From NCBI GenBank assembly GCA_028534125.1, contig CM052816.1:81780001-81844000 (forward strand): a DNA stretch of 64,000 nt, read 5' to 3'. Both the position numbers and the translations under genes were made by a program. The notes under the pieces were generated by a model, which saw nothing but the letters and a program-made list of their open reading frames with translations, made no database searches and was not told the DNA's origin. Positions 37,328 through 51,031 of this stretch are shown piece after piece. Source of the stretch: Lama glama. Its lineage: Eukaryota. How positions within the stretch are numbered: the first letter of the stretch is position 1; each line of letters begins with the position of its first letter.

Positions 37328-39959
37328 GATGGTTAAATGTGAATAAGCATTCAGTAACTGTACAGTAATAACCAGTTCCTTCCAAGCAGTGCAAAGTGCA
37401 TCTTCTTCAAAACAGAGAAAAGAGGTGTTAGTTCTAGCTATCATTATGTTAAAATTGTATGGCAGTGAGAGAGGAAGTGAGTTTGGGGAGATGGGTCAAA
37501 TCCAAAGACAGGCGGTCCCCAAACTAGCGTGAGGTCAGGGTTTGGGGCAAGAATGAAAAGCAAAGAAAGCAGAAGAATGCTTTTCCACCATACATTCTGT
37601 AGAGCCTTGCACAGGCTGGGAGAACACAGGACAGTCCAGTTAGCAACTGCTGCATCAAAGCCTAGACTCCTCCTTTCAGGAATGGCTTTATTAAAGCCAT
37701 GCAAACCAACAAAACAAGGAGATGAAGGAAGCATCCTTTTTGTGATGTTAATTTCTTAATGGTGCTGTTGGAAGTTCTCATTAATCCAGAAAGATGACGT
37801 GAAAGCACAGGCTCATAAAGCATGTGGCACAACATCTGGTATCAAGTGAACACTTGACAAATTATAGAGCCCTCATTGCTGACGTCCTTAGCAACTGGCG
37901 CAACGGATTCTCTAAGTGGCTTTTCCAGTAAACAATGTTTAGATGACCAATTATCAGAAGGACAATGAAATGAAATGAAATTCAACATTATGGCTGGACG
38001 GCACATAATTTCATGTTCCTTTGATGCCTTTGATGATTTGGAATACACTTTTAAGATCTCTTTCAGCTTCCAATATATTATGAATAACATTAACTGCCTC
38101 TGTATCTTAATTATCATAAAACCTACCCTGAGTATTTGTGGTTCCTGGATGTATACAAGGTGACTTGGGGGGATGCTGGGGGACCACAGAATCACGGGAT
38201 CAAGAAGAAGTGTGATTTACCCCTGGGGCATCTGCAGAGCTATGACCCTTCTCAAGGATGCCAGCCATGTGTGTTTATCTCCAGGGAAGAACCAATCTAA
38301 TCTCGAAAAAATGCTATGACTGCCTCTCCACTAGAGACCTGAGAGGAACAAGCAGGAAACAGGTGTCCACGAGCCCTGCTCAAAATTGGATATTGACTTT
38401 TTCCTCCTCACCCTACCCACCCATGGATCAACCCAGGTTCCACAAAATTAGATAATTTATTAGAAAAAAGGTAACATAAATTGTGATGTCTGCTTTTTCA
38501 CATTTGTCTCTAGGGATTTTATACGCACAGATGAACCCAGACACCTCAGTACACAACTCAGAGGAATTCTGCCAAATCCACCTTCTCAGTTTTGAGCTCC
38601 AGATATGGGAGCATAGGCACCTGATAAACACAGAAACTCCAGAGGCAAGAAGGAACAAAGTCTTTGCTTGGGAGGCGTGAGCTTGAACAACAGGGATGCT
38701 TAATGCCATTAAACCCTACTCCCATTCCCACAAGGCTTCCAAAAGCTTCTCTTGTCACCTCCAGCACACCATTTTCTTCTCTGAAGTCTTTAAACATCCC
38801 CCATTCACCTACCAGGATATTGACTTCAGCATTTTCAGACTGTTGATTCAAAGGCCAACAACAAGGACCAGAAGAGCTCAGATACACGTGGAGGCCGTGG
38901 ACATGTCATCAGGAATTACTTGTGCAGAGCACAGGCCGCCCAGTAACCTCAGCCACAACCGGCACCTGGGGCCACGTGACCAACAGCCCTGGCTGAATAC
39001 CCTAGTTTCTGATCTAGGCAAACTCTCCTGGCAAAACCGAGAGCTGAGCCTGTGACTAGCAACCTGTTTTCACCCTCTATGCCTGTCTGCAAGGAAATAC
39101 AGATGCAATATATTCAGATTCTCTCCTAAAGCTCATCTTAAGTTGCTACCATCAGGAGAAATGCCCACTTCCTTTCTGGGAGCTGTAAGGAAGGACACCA
39201 AGGCATATAAGAACCAGACCTTGACTTCAATTATCTAACAGCCTAATTAGGGATAATTAGTATGCAGATGAAAAGGTAATTAACAACGCATGGCAGTATC
39301 CAACAGTGGAAGCTCACTCAGCCTGAGTTTATAGAAATCCGGAAACTAGGGTGGTCCAGCAAAGCTTGGAGGAGGCAGACTTTGAAGGACAAGCAAGTTG
39401 CAGGCAACCACTGAGAAGGAAATGAGCCCTACAAATGGGGGCATGTGGTGAAGCTCACAGCAAGTTCTGAGGCCAATCAATACACCTGTCTCCCTTCTGG
39501 TAAGAGCATGGCATGGTCAGACCCAGGGATAGAATAAATCTCAATGGCACAAATGATGCCACCCTTCATTCCACACCCAAGACAGACATGACCAACACAT
39601 CGTTGCACTGAGCCTTGATGTGGTCTCAATCCTTCTCAACACTGCGCTCCAGGAAGCCACTAATAGTCGATCAGAGTTAGCACTCATGGTAAAAATCACT
39701 TCTCCCTCCCTGAGAATGGGGTAAACCTGGCTGGGCAAGGGATTCTGGAGCTGGATGTGTCCAGATCGCTGACTCGGGATGGTTTCCTGAATGTAAGAAG
39801 CCAACAGATGTCATTACATCTCACTCCTGGAGCCTTCTGGCAGAGGTTTGATCTTGAGGGGCAGGTAGGCTGACACTCTTACAACCACAAAGGCCCTCTG
39901 GGCATCATTAACCTCGATGTGACCCCAGGCTCCAAATCCTCCCAAATTCTAACAAAAGG

Positions 39960-40508
39960 GCCTTGGATCCCCAAAGACAGCCATCTTCAATTCCTTCCCT
40001 TCCTGTGCACGTATGCCACTTTCCTATTGAGAGGCCAAGTCTATTCCTCCATCCCTTTGAATCTAAGCTGCTCCAGGACTGTTCAATGGAATATGGCAGA
40101 AATGATGCTGTGCCAGTCTGGTTCCAAACTTTAAGAGGATTAGCACTTTCCACTTCCTCTCTCTCGGGAGCCCAGAGCCTCACATCAGGAATCTGGTGAC
40201 CCTGTTAAAGAGACCGTGTGGAGAGACCAGATGCAGAGGGAGAAGCCCTGTCTCAGGGCCCCAGCTGAACCCAACCTTCCAGCTCTGCACTGCCAAGGTC
40301 CCCATACCAGAGCGGACCCTTCCTAGATCAGCCCAGCCACAAACTGAATCCCACACTGAAGGATCCAAGTCAGTGCGACGTGGAGCAGAAAACTGCCCAG
40401 ACAAATTCTGCCCAGATTCCTAGCCGAAAGAATCATAACAATAAAATGATTGCTCTCTTAAGCCACTAAATGTGGAGTGGACTGTACTGCAACAATAGAC
40501 AACCAGGA
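39960..40508 (+). mobile_element. MaLR solo LTR (MLT1H-like)
   Basis: 'ggaatatggcagaaatgatgctgtgccagt', 'gtggagcagaaaactgcccag', 'ttaagccactaaatgtgg...gcaacaatagacaacc'. Confidence 0.85.
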
Positions 40509-41398
40509 TTATTTATGCAAGGGCCCCTGCTCCACAGGCAACTGAAGGCTTCTCAGGGCTCCAGGCTCTGGTGTTTACCCCTGAGAGTCCCCTGGGCCTC
40601 ACCACATCCAGGACAAGTCAGGGGCCTGCATTCCAGAGCAAGACACCATGCTTCTGATCACCCACAGCCTTGGCATCAGCTCACTGCTCACTCCTGCCCT
40701 TTAAGTCAACACATACGAGTTCTAAAGAACCCAAGTTAATCACTGACTTCAAGATTCAAAGGTTCAAGTGTTGTCTAGTCTTTGTTCTTTTCTAAAAAGA
40801 TACAAAGGGCAAACCTCTCCTCTTTTTGAGATTGGTGCTTTTGAGAACTGCAGCCAGTGCTTGGGCTATGGACTAGAGGGTAGGTGAGTTCAGATCCACC
40901 AAGGAAAGCCTGCAAGTTGGCTGGAGATAACCCTCACCTGCTCCAGCCACGGGGTCATCACACATCCAGGGTGCACCTGGCTTACTGAGGCTCCACATGG
41001 CCTGAAAGCTCACAGGGGCCAACTAGTTCCTTTGGTAGAAGATACAGAGACTTGAAGATGAGATGCGGCTTGTTTAAGGGTCAAAGCAGAAGTTAGTGCA
41101 GACTGCAGACACCACCAGGCCCCTGAATCTGTCCAGGAGTGACATACTCCCTTCCTGTACTGATGGCACTGGGGAAGAGGCCCACCGCTCCAGGGAAACA
41201 CTTCCTTTGCACATCCTCTGGTTTCTGGTGGCCTCTGTACCATCCTTTATACCACTTTTGGTTTAAGGCACATGTGCACAGTCAAGCACAGGCTTGCTTC
41301 CGCTTTGGGGCCTCTCTCCAAGAGCTCCAGGAAAACTGCACCACAGGCAAGAGCAAGAAGACCCTCTCTTCTATATTTAACTCCCTTTCCCATCCCCC

Positions 41399-41399
<1 letters not shown>

Positions 41400-41440
<41 letters not shown>
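41400..41440 (+). repeat. (CA)20 microsatellite
   Basis: Perfect CA run. Confidence 0.97.
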
Positions 41441-41446
<6 letters not shown>

Positions 41447-41784
41447 CTCCAGGTGTAGCACATTTTCTGGTTTGAGTACACATGTGGACCCTCTGCCTTT
41501 AATTACACTGAATTTCATATTCTCATGCAAAACCGCAAGGACTGAACCTTGCTGGTTCCTGTTTTAGCAAACAGGGCAAATTCAGATCCCTCTACTGATA
41601 CCCATCTGCCAGTGAACATCGTGTATGAACCCGGGACCTGCAAATGCCCATTGCTGCTCTGACCCCAACTTGAATGCTAAGTCTTGGAGGCATCCCAGAG
41701 AGACTCGTCAGGTCAGAAGAGCTCCTTAAACAATATTTGTTTTCACAAGGCATTGCTGGAAATTGTTACAACGTGTACTTTACC

Positions 41785-42030
41785 AATGATGACATCCTCC
41801 TGGCCAGATGCGCTCCTAGGTACTCTGCACATGGGGTATCACCTCCAATCCCCACAACAGCCTGATAAGAGAGGTTCTGATATCTCTATTCTTTCTTTAT
41901 AGATGAGGAAACTGGGGCCCAAAGAAGTTTAGAAGCAAGCTGGAGGTGACCAGAAAGTAAGCTGCAGAGCTGGAATTTGGACAGAAGTGCAGCCAACTCT
42001 AAAATCTATGTTCCAAAGCACCATATTGCA
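41785..42030 (-). mobile_element. MIR SINE
   Basis: 'aatccccacaacagcctg...ttatagatgaggaaactggggccc'. Confidence 0.85.
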
Positions 42031-42185
42031 TTGCTTTTTATAGGTATAAACATATCTCCATACAGTTCGTAGTGTAATTCATTCCAAACATATAAAACCA
42101 TCACCCATATGACAGTCTCAGAATGGCATTGGGACCACAGAAATACAGTCCAGGAACCAAAGGAGATGTCCAAATAATTCATGTT

Positions 42186-42282
42186 CTTTTTTTTTTAATT
42201 GAGACACAATTCACATACAACATTGTATTAGCTTCGGGTGTACAACACAAAGATTTGGTATTTGTATATGCTGTGAAATATA
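42186..42282 (-). mobile_element. Short L1 3' terminus
   Basis: Poly-T followed by 'aattgagacacaattcacatacaacattgtattagcttcgggtgtacaac'. Confidence 0.7.
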
Positions 42283-42879
42283 CTTTATGATCTTTACATG
42301 CATTTTTCAAACATCATGGAGGAATTTCACAGACCATGGCTATATTTCCTACAATCTCCCTTTTACGTCTAAGCCATCTCCTTCACATGCTGTCCTGTAC
42401 CTTTCCAAGGTTTCCCCCAAATCTCCTTCCCCAGATACAAACAGAACTCAAGGAGAGCTGCTATTACCCTGTGCACACTCTCCCAAAATGGCTCATTTTC
42501 AATGAGTTTTTAAGGAAATGTTTTACTCTGACTTTCCTTAGGGCTTTGTGAAAAATACTGGAGGAAACTTGGTGGTGCCTGGCCCCCGGCTTGTATCCAC
42601 TAATTGAAACACGACTAACCTGGCCTTAACCCTTACAAGGACCTACAAATAGGCAGGGCCAGAAGCAAGTGAGCCGAAACGCTCCTGGGTAGGGAGGGCA
42701 AATGGGAGAATGGTTGGGGACACCTGGATTTGCTTCTTATTGATTGATTGACTTCTCAAACACCGAATCTATAGTCATATGTCAGTGAAAAGCTTCCGCG
42801 TATATAAACCCACAGTAGCTTGGCACAGGTTTTGTACACAGATTTCCTTAAAAGGGAAAAAAGACCCATCATCCATAAA

Positions 42880-44010
42880 AGAGCTGGTGTATATTAAAGT
42901 TATTAAGAGAATAAACCATGAATTCTCATCACAAGGAAAAATATTTTTCTTTTTTTGTATCTATATGAGATAAACCTATTGGTAATCATTTCACAATATA
43001 TGTGAGTCAAATCATTATGCCATACACCTTAAACGTATATAGTGCTAGGCCAACAGGCACATGAAAAAATGCTCAATATTGCTAATTATCAGAGAATGCA
43101 AATCAGATCTACAATGAGGTATCACCTCACACCAATCAGAATGGCCAGCATTAAAAAGTCCACAAACAATAAATGCTGGAGAGGCTGTGGAGAAAAGGGA
43201 ACCCTCCTACACTGTTGGTGGGAACGTAGTTTGGTGCAACCACTATGCTATACAGTATGGAGATTCCTCAAAGGCTAAAAATAGACTTATCATATGATCC
43301 AGCAATCCCACTCCTGGGCATATATCCAGAGGGAACCTTAATTCAAAAAGATACATGCACCCCAATGTTCACAGCAGCACTATTTACAATAGCCAAGACA
43401 TGGAAACAACCTAAATGTCCACCAACAGATGACTGGATAAAGAAGTTGTGGTATATTTTTACAATGGAATACTACTCAACCATAAAAAATAGTAAAATAA
43501 TGCCATTTGCAGCAACATGGATGGGCCTGGAGATTGTTATTCTAAGTTAAATAAGCCAGAGAGAGAAAGAAAAATACCATATGATACCATATGATATCAC
43601 TTATGTGGAATCTAAAAAAAAAAAAAGACAAATGAACTTATTTACAAAACAGAAACAGACTCACAGACAGAAAACAAACTTATGGTTACTGGGGGGGAAG
43701 CGGGTGGGGAGGGATAAATTGGTAGTATGAGATTTATATATACTAACTACTATATATAAAATAGATAAATGACAACTTTATACTGTATAGCACAGGGAAC
43801 TATATTCAATATCTTTTAGTAACTTATGGTGAAAAAGAATATAAAAATGAAAATATGTATGTTCATATATGACTGAAGCATTGCGCTATACACCAGAAAC
43901 TGACACAACATTGTAAACTGACTATACTTCAATAAAAATATATATAGAGAGAAAAACAAAAAAAAAACAACAAAAAATGTATATAGTGCTAAATGTCAAT
44001 TACATCCCCA
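42880..44010 (+). mobile_element. Older L1 (L1MA9/10-like) 3' UTR split by the young L1 below
   Basis: 'ttctcatcacaaggaaaa...ggtaatcatttcacaatatatgtgagtcaaatcattatgc...accttaaac', resuming as 'atgtcaattacatc' after 43991. Confidence 0.7.
43048..43974 (+). mobile_element. Young 5'-truncated L1 (ORF2 C-terminus, 3' UTR, A-tail)
   Basis: ORF-track pieces '[37 protein letters not shown]' and 'YDPAIPLLGIYP...[23 protein letters not shown]' are the L1 ORF2 CCHC region. 17-bp TSD aaa(c/t)gtatatagtgcta at 43031-43047 and 43975-43991. Confidence 0.97.
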
Positions 44011-45123
44011 TTTTTCACAAAAGAAAAAAAGGAGGGGGGAGCAAAAGAGTTAGTTAAATTTTTCTTATTACTGCCTAAAAGTTAATGATTTTAGAAGATG
44101 GAATCAAATCAGTACAATTATTCCTATGGCTTCTTGGAAAGCATCATGGAATCCCTGTTATTATCATAATCATTTAAAAATAATTGGCGAAAATTACCAA
44201 AGCCATCAGGACCCAACTTTAGAAAACGAAGGTTAGAAGAAGATCCAAGCTGAGGGCTTTCCTTGTCTCACCAAAGAAGCACGAAAATAGGCCTGAGCTC
44301 TGGGTGACCCCTGACACTGGAGGGAAAGCCCAGACTTGGGTCCACCATGTGGCACAATTCTAGGGGAAGGACTCTGGCTCCCCTGAGTTGATCAGTGCAC
44401 ATCCTGTACCTGGCAGCCCAGCTTTCTTAATAAACAATGATTTTCAGAGACAGTATTTCCTCTTATGACAAAACAGAAGCATCGATTTCACCATAAAAAT
44501 AGATCTGGGGGCTACAGAAGTTAGCTGAGAAGAAACAAACATAATCCAAGCCCAGAACAGCCAAAGAAAAACACATACCCAGGCTCCTGCCACGTGGTCC
44601 CTCCCAAAGGACACCAGTCTCCTATGGGCCATTTATGGTTGGGGCCAGATGCTGTAAGTGAGGGGTATACAGTGAGTACTGCCGTCCCCTCACCATCTAC
44701 CCCATGATGTGCAACTTGAATTTGTAATTGTGGGCAAGTTATATCTGTGCTCAGAGTGGGGCAGGAAGGGGCCATGGGGAGGGTGCAGGGACTTAGCTGA
44801 ATAGGTTGCAAAAAATATAGTGAAAAATGCCAGACCAAAATTGAAGAGATTGAACTCGGTTGATTCAAACTATATAAGCATGCCCCTTCCTGCCACCCTA
44901 GCCTGGTACTGTCACCTCCCGCTGAGGATGAGGGCTGCTGTGAGCCCTGTTATAACCACAGCGGGGGTGGGATGCTCTCAGATATGCGAGGACAGATTGA
45001 TGATGTTTCAGCTGTCTTCCAAACCTGAAAAGCTTCGAGATGCTTTAGACTGCTGGGACGGAAGTTCACTTTTGCAATGTTCCCCTTCTCCAGGCTGGTG
45101 TGAGTTTTATCTTTCTTAGGGAC

Positions 45124-45489
45124 TGTATTAACCTGCTCTGGCTGCTGTAACAAAATACCAGAAGGCTGGCTTAAACAACAGAAAGGTATTTTCTCACAGT
45201 TTCAGTGGTTAGAAGTCTAAGATCAAGGAAGACACCTGGCTTTTACACTGTGTCTTCATGTGGCCTTTTCTTTGTGTGTTCTCAGGGGGAGAGAGAGCCA
45301 GCTGGTGTCTCTTCCTGTTCTTGTAAGGACACCAGGCCTACCAGATTTAGGTCCCACCTTTATGACCTCATTTATTCTTAATTACTTAATTAATTACCTC
45401 CTTAAAGACCCTATCTCCAAATACGGGTCACATTAGGGGTGAGGTCTTCAACGTATAAATTTTGGAAGGACACGATTCAGTCCATAACA
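45124..45489 (-). mobile_element. MaLR solo LTR (MLT1A/B-like)
   Basis: 'ggctgctgtaacaaaatacca...ggcttaaacaacagaaa...ttctcacagtt' through 'ggacacgattcagtccataaca'. Confidence 0.9.
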
Positions 45490-45897
45490 GAGGGCATAGG
45501 TCTGGGAAGGAGACAGCGGATGATTTTGCTTTTATGAAAATCTGCCTTCTGCCCAGGCTCTCTCTCTCGCAGCCTCCTGCCGCGCCTTCTGCACAAGTAG
45601 GAGACTCCCTGTCACTCACCCCATGTCCACCTGCCTAATATGCTTCTCTGCTACTCCTGCTCCCAGCCATCCACTAAACTGCTGCCCACGGCAGTCCTGC
45701 TCCCTGGACTAGATCCCCCACTTTCCCCAGATGTAACCTGTCCCACTGCCTGCTAATCCTGTTCTTTATTTATAAACTGAGGTCATTTCTGAACATGTGA
45801 TCTACCCTAAGTGCTTTGTCTTCAAGGAAGCTCTGTCAACACTGCATCTGACAACTAGAGATGTATACAGGACCAGACGGCAAACTCCTTGGCCAGT

Positions 45898-46030
45898 GCT
45901 TTCATTCATTCATTAATTCAACAAATGTTTACCGAACACCTACACCACCCAGTCATTAATCCAGTCCCATGGGATCTGTCAGTGAATAAAACAGGCAATG
46001 ATTCCTTCCTTCAGAGAGCTGGCATTCTAC
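45898..46030 (-). mobile_element. L2 3' terminus
   Basis: 'ttcattcattcattaattcaacaaatgtttaccgaacacctac'. Confidence 0.7.
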
Positions 46031-46829
46031 CTGTCCACATTTTCCCTTTGCCCCGATTTTGTGGATTCTTAAAATATTTATTTTTCTGTGTCTTTTTGCA
46101 AATACTTCCAACCTTATTATACTGTATAAATCTATCATCTTATTGTACTGCATATCTTTTGCAAGTGTTCAACTGCTCTTAACCAAAGATAGGTGGGGCC
46201 ATTGTAAGGAATAAATTAGATGATACGTGTAAAGTCCCAGGCACATTGTAAGGGCTCAAGACAAGGTAGCTTTCTATCTTTTAAAATCCCAGATATTCTT
46301 TAAGACCAACCTCAAATCTCTTCTCTCTCCAGGTCTTTAATGATGCCAGAAAATGCAAGGATTTTCTCTCTCTCTTTTTTTTTTTTTTTACTATTTTTCC
46401 TTAGTTCCTATTCACCTATTGTATAGTTTGACACCTTGTTAAAGTCTTTCACATATAATTTGCTAATTCTTTCCTATGAGTAAATCAGACTGCTTGAGTA
46501 GATTGTAAACTCAATGTATATTCTTCACCCACACAATACAATCTAGGTTTACATAAGAGATGAAGTAATGTGCAAGCATTCTCACTCCCATTTTCACTCT
46601 CTCTTTATTTTATTTTTTAAAATCTGGCCCTCTTTACCAAACAATACTCGGTCCCTTAATTGGGGTTAGGGGAGTTCTTCTGCATTTAAAAAGTAATTTG
46701 ATTTACATTGCTACAACACATCCATCATGGACCGTGGGATAAAAGCACTGACACGTCAAACAAAAGAAACATTTTATGTAATAAAAGTAGAGGACAAGAA
46801 TATTACTGTGTTTTCTATAATAGGAAAAA

Positions 46830-47190
46830 TCTGCAGTCAAGATATCTGAGAAAAAGACCATTTGTTTAGTCAATTGTGGTGTACCCACTGGATGGAGTCT
46901 TATGCATTTTTTAAAAAATGTATTGTAAGGTTCTTAAATGGAATGGAAAGCACACCAGAACTATTGGGTGGGCAGGGCAGGGGGATGGGGACAGGAAGCA
47001 GTATTTCAAACTGTAGACTATATGCTCAACTTTGTAAACATTCTATTTACTTATCTACGCACACACAGAAGAAAAGGTTGAAAAGGCATGTCTTGCAAAA
47101 TGAACAGTATCTCTGGATGGTGAATTAATTGATGAAACTTACTCCATTTTTATACAGATATTTCTTGTACCATCAGGAAAACAAGAACAC
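46830..47190 (+). mobile_element. L1ME-like 3' fragment
   Basis: 'caattgtggtgtacccactggatggagtcttatgca', 'aaaatgaacagtatctctggatggtgaatt'. Confidence 0.5.
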
Positions 47191-48175
47191 ACATTGTGTT
47201 GAAAACTGAAGTTAAAGAATGACTTCAAGGCATCGCTTTAGGGACAGGCGCTGCATGGGGGCCTGTGAGGGCCTGCCAGTCATCCTGCGTGTGGGGTCAG
47301 GCCCTTGCCCTGGCTCCTGGCATTTGGAAAGCATTTCTTGAAGTAATAAGGGTTGCATTTCTTCTAAAACACCCCATAATTTTGGCTTTCCACAAAATGC
47401 AATGGATGATCTTTACAATTAAGGCAAAAGTTTCTCTGGAAATAAACACAAGTACGCTGTCCTTCCATTCAGGAAGGATGAAGCCTGTCGCGCTCCCACG
47501 CATGGGTGGGGCTGAGAAGACCAGCCGGGGACCAGTGATCATTTCCTAAAGAGAACTGGGAAGGCCACCATCTGAAATAAAGCAAGTGCGAGGGCACCGG
47601 CCACCCCTCCTCAGTACCTCTCCTCTGCCCCAGCAGCCTGAGAAGAGACTTCAGAGCAGCTTTCCAACATCCCGCCTCATTCCTCCAGCCAACATCCATG
47701 TGGGTATTTTTAACAAGGCGGAAAACTTGCGATTCTATTAAAAACACATGTCTCTTGTTTCAAAGAATGGTTAGCAACAGCCACTGACAGTCAGTAAACA
47801 TACCATCAACCAGGGGAACACACTCATTGAACTTCCAAGTCTCAAATTCTAAGCATTATATTTTTTACCAAGCAACACAGGACCTTCTGGTTGGAATAAA
47901 TTTTGAGATAATCTCTTGGGCCTTCTCTCTGACTTCTGGAGAAGACCGTGTGATCTGCTTGAAAACAATAACCGTTCCCATTTTTACCATTGCTCAAAGA
48001 GGAGAGAGCAGATCAGTAGGGCAGCGCTTTGAGAAGTGGGAGAGAGGAAAGGAAGAGAGGGCTAATGAAAGACAGAGTGGGCTGAGCTGGGCGGCTGCGT
48101 CAGCTCTGAGATGGATCGTCAGTCAACGTGCGTCAACTGGAAGTCCCTGCTCAAGTAAAGGTTTTACGTAGACAC

Positions 48176-48557
48176 TGCATGGACTGAAAGTTTGTGTCCC
48201 CTTAAAATCCATGTGTTGAGGCCGTAGCCCCCAGTGTGATGGTTTTGGAGGTGGGGCCTTTGAAAGGTAATTAGGGTTAGATTAGGCCATGAGGGTGGGG
48301 CGCTCATGACAGGATTAATACCCTCATAAAAAGAGAAGGAGACATGAGGTTTCTCTTTTTCCCCTCATGCACCAAGGAAAGGCCATGTGAAGACCTAAGG
48401 AGAAGACAGTCGTCTGCAGACTAAGAGGCGAGCCCTCATGGAATCCGCCGGCACCTTGAGCTTGGTCTTCCCAGCCTCCAGAGCTGTGAGGAAGGAGTGT
48501 TGTTTAAGCCAGCCGGTCCCTGGTATTTTGTTATGGCGGCCCACGCTGACTAAGACA
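48176..48557 (+). mobile_element. MaLR solo LTR (MLT1A0-like)
   Basis: 'tgcatggactgaaagtttgtgtcccc...gctgactaagaca'; near-TSD GACAC/GACAG. Confidence 0.9.
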
Positions 48558-48614
48558 GACAGCCTTTTAAAATAAGGGAAGGTGTGAATTTGCTGAACTC
48601 TAAGGGCTGTTCAC

Positions 48615-48830
48615 TGGTGAAGAATGTGGACTCTGCTATGAGACAAACTCGGCTTTAAATCTGTGTCCCCACTTAACAGTTCCAGTAGCTGAGCTTGTCT
48701 TAAGATCTAATTTGCCCATCTGTCCAAAAGGGGCAACAAGGATGCCTCCTTTGTGGGACTGCTCGAAGAATAATACGAGAAAAAAGGTCACTCACAATGG
48801 GCGTGGCATGTAATAGTTCCTAACCCTGTC
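48615..48830 (+). mobile_element. MIR fragment
   Basis: 'aagaatgtggactctg...tttgcccatctgtccaaaagggg'. Confidence 0.55.
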
Positions 48831-50094
48831 CCCTGTCTGCTCCCAGCAACGCTGCGATAAAGCTCCTGAGCAAGTCAATATGAAGAACATAGAGACCAAG
48901 GCTGGGATGGGGAGAGACAGATAATCAGCCAGCAAATAATGGAGAACTGACTGTACATCTACAAGCTGGAGTTTCTGCAGGAACACAAGCCACACGGCTG
49001 CTTAGAAGCCAGTTCCATGCACACAGATTACTAAGCTTTCAAATGCTTCTCCTCAAATCCCGATGCTTATGGCAGAGGCAAGAGAAGGGAGGAAAGCTCC
49101 AGGTCAGATATTTCAGACTCCAGGAAAGGAAACAGGAAGCTTTATTTATCTGGGCTCCCCGGCTTGCTAATTAACTTGCGGACTGGAAACTATCTCCTGT
49201 GAGAGCGCCTGCCCATCTTCTCCTTATTAGAAAAACATCTGCTCATTATCCCCATGGTTTCCGAATGTGAGACAGAGGGGGAGTTACAGACAGAGGGTAG
49301 TTCCCAGAAGTAAATGTGTGACATCAAAGCCACCTCGGGCGCTGTGGTCCGAGCAGAGTTAGGGCTTCAGGGAGATTAGAACAGGTATTAGTTTTTCTAA
49401 ATAAAACGCGCCCATTGTGAGTGACCTTTTTTCTCGTATTATTCTTCGAGCAGTCCCACTTTAATCTTGGAGGTTCAAAAGGGATTGCAAACAAAAGGAC
49501 ACCTGTGTGTATACTAGAGGGCTGCTGTTTCATTGGTCAAGAGAAAGCACTTACCCTCGACTCCGCCCCTTTCCCATTTACATCCCAGGCCTCAGTCACT
49601 GGACAAATATTTAGAGGATCTACTGTGTGCTCAGCACTGGGTCTGGACAACAATTCATCCCCAAGGGATGAGCCCTGGGGACTCATGCTGAGAAGCAGGT
49701 GGCTCTGGCAGAAGAAGCGCACGTGCCTCAGAGGCAGCCCGGCTTGTTTGTGGCCTGGCCACTGTGTCCCAGATCCGGAGGGACTGAGAGCCGGTGTCCT
49801 TGTAGCGCCCCTGGGAGCTGGGAGCCCAAGCTGAGGGCATGCTCAGCTCCTGACACAGCAGGAAGAGTCTCTCCCTTGTCCCCACCTGCTCTCAGGTGAC
49901 CCACCCCCCAGGTTTACCCAGGTCTGAAGGGTTTCCTGGGATGTGGGACAGTCCTGGCAAACCAGGATGAGTTGGTCACCTTGCTCATGTCCCCTCCTCT
50001 CCTCTCGCCCTTCTGCCCCTTGGCCAGACAATGGCTTCACACTTCCCTCACAGGGAGACTGATATAGAACAGTTCAAAGAATTGGAGGTGGGTG

Positions 50095-50210
50095 GGGCTC
50101 AGTTTCCTTATCTGTAAAATGGGAAGAATATAAGACGTCCCTTCCCAGGGATGTTGGGGATATTATCAGAGCCTTACAGGAATGCAGCCACTCTGGCTTG
50201 AATAAAGTGC
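50095..50210 (+). mobile_element. MIR core
   Basis: 'ctcagtttccttatctgtaaaatggg'. Confidence 0.8.
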
Positions 50211-50329
50211 ACAGAGGGATGAGGCAGGGGCCAACTGCATGAAAGGACTGACAGCTGGAGGCTGGGGTTGGAGTAACGGAGCAGGAACCTAGGGAGGGAA
50301 CAAGGATCAAAGTAAGGTCCTCAAATCTT

Positions 50330-51031
50330 GTGTTTCCAACCATTGGAAACCGTCCGTTTAACTTGCATCTCAAACTCATCCACCCCTCGCCACCCCACCC
50401 ACCTTCTCTCCCAGCCCTTTCCTTTCCAAACTTGGCCTCCACCTCTTTCTCTGTTCCCTCCTATCTCCTGAAAGGCCACACCCCAGTCCAGACTGAAATT
50501 AGGCGTTATCTTTGCTCTCTCCGTATCCTTCTTTCTCTGGACCCCACTTGTCACCTCCTTGTGTGGAGTCTTCCTCCCAGTCTCTCTCACATCTTGTCTC
50601 CTCCAATCCAGTCCTCTGTCCTCCTGTTATTGGGGCCAAATTGCTTCTCTGCTGCAAGAGACTCCTGTCTCCAGCCTGTCCCCTCTGACCAGCCTCCACC
50701 TAAAAGCCAAAGTGTGGTCTTTTCTAAAGCACGGAACTGATCGTCAGACTCCTCGGGGAAGACATTCAGACTAGTTAGGGCATCACCTACCCTCCTTTCT
50801 AATCTGGCACTTCTGAGTCCCCAGATTATGTCCTTCACCCCTCACCTTTCACCCTCAATTTTAACTATTATGAACCACGTGTAGTTTCCCGGACTTCATG
50901 CTCTTTCACACCTCCATGCCTTCGAAATTCAGCTCAAAAATGACTTCTGGGAAGCCATCCCTAACCAGCCCCTGCCTCACCTTCTTAAGGCCGTTTTGGA
51001 TTCATATGCTTCTCTTTCCTTCCTCAGCACC
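50330..51031 (+). mobile_element. Degenerate L2
   Basis: 'ttcagctcaaaaatgacttctgggaagccatccctaacc', 'gtcttttctaaagcacggaactgatc'. Confidence 0.6.

Noticed and set aside
43042..43550. ORFs with clear protein similarity
   Set aside because: Frameshifted L1 ORF2 C-terminus, not a host gene.
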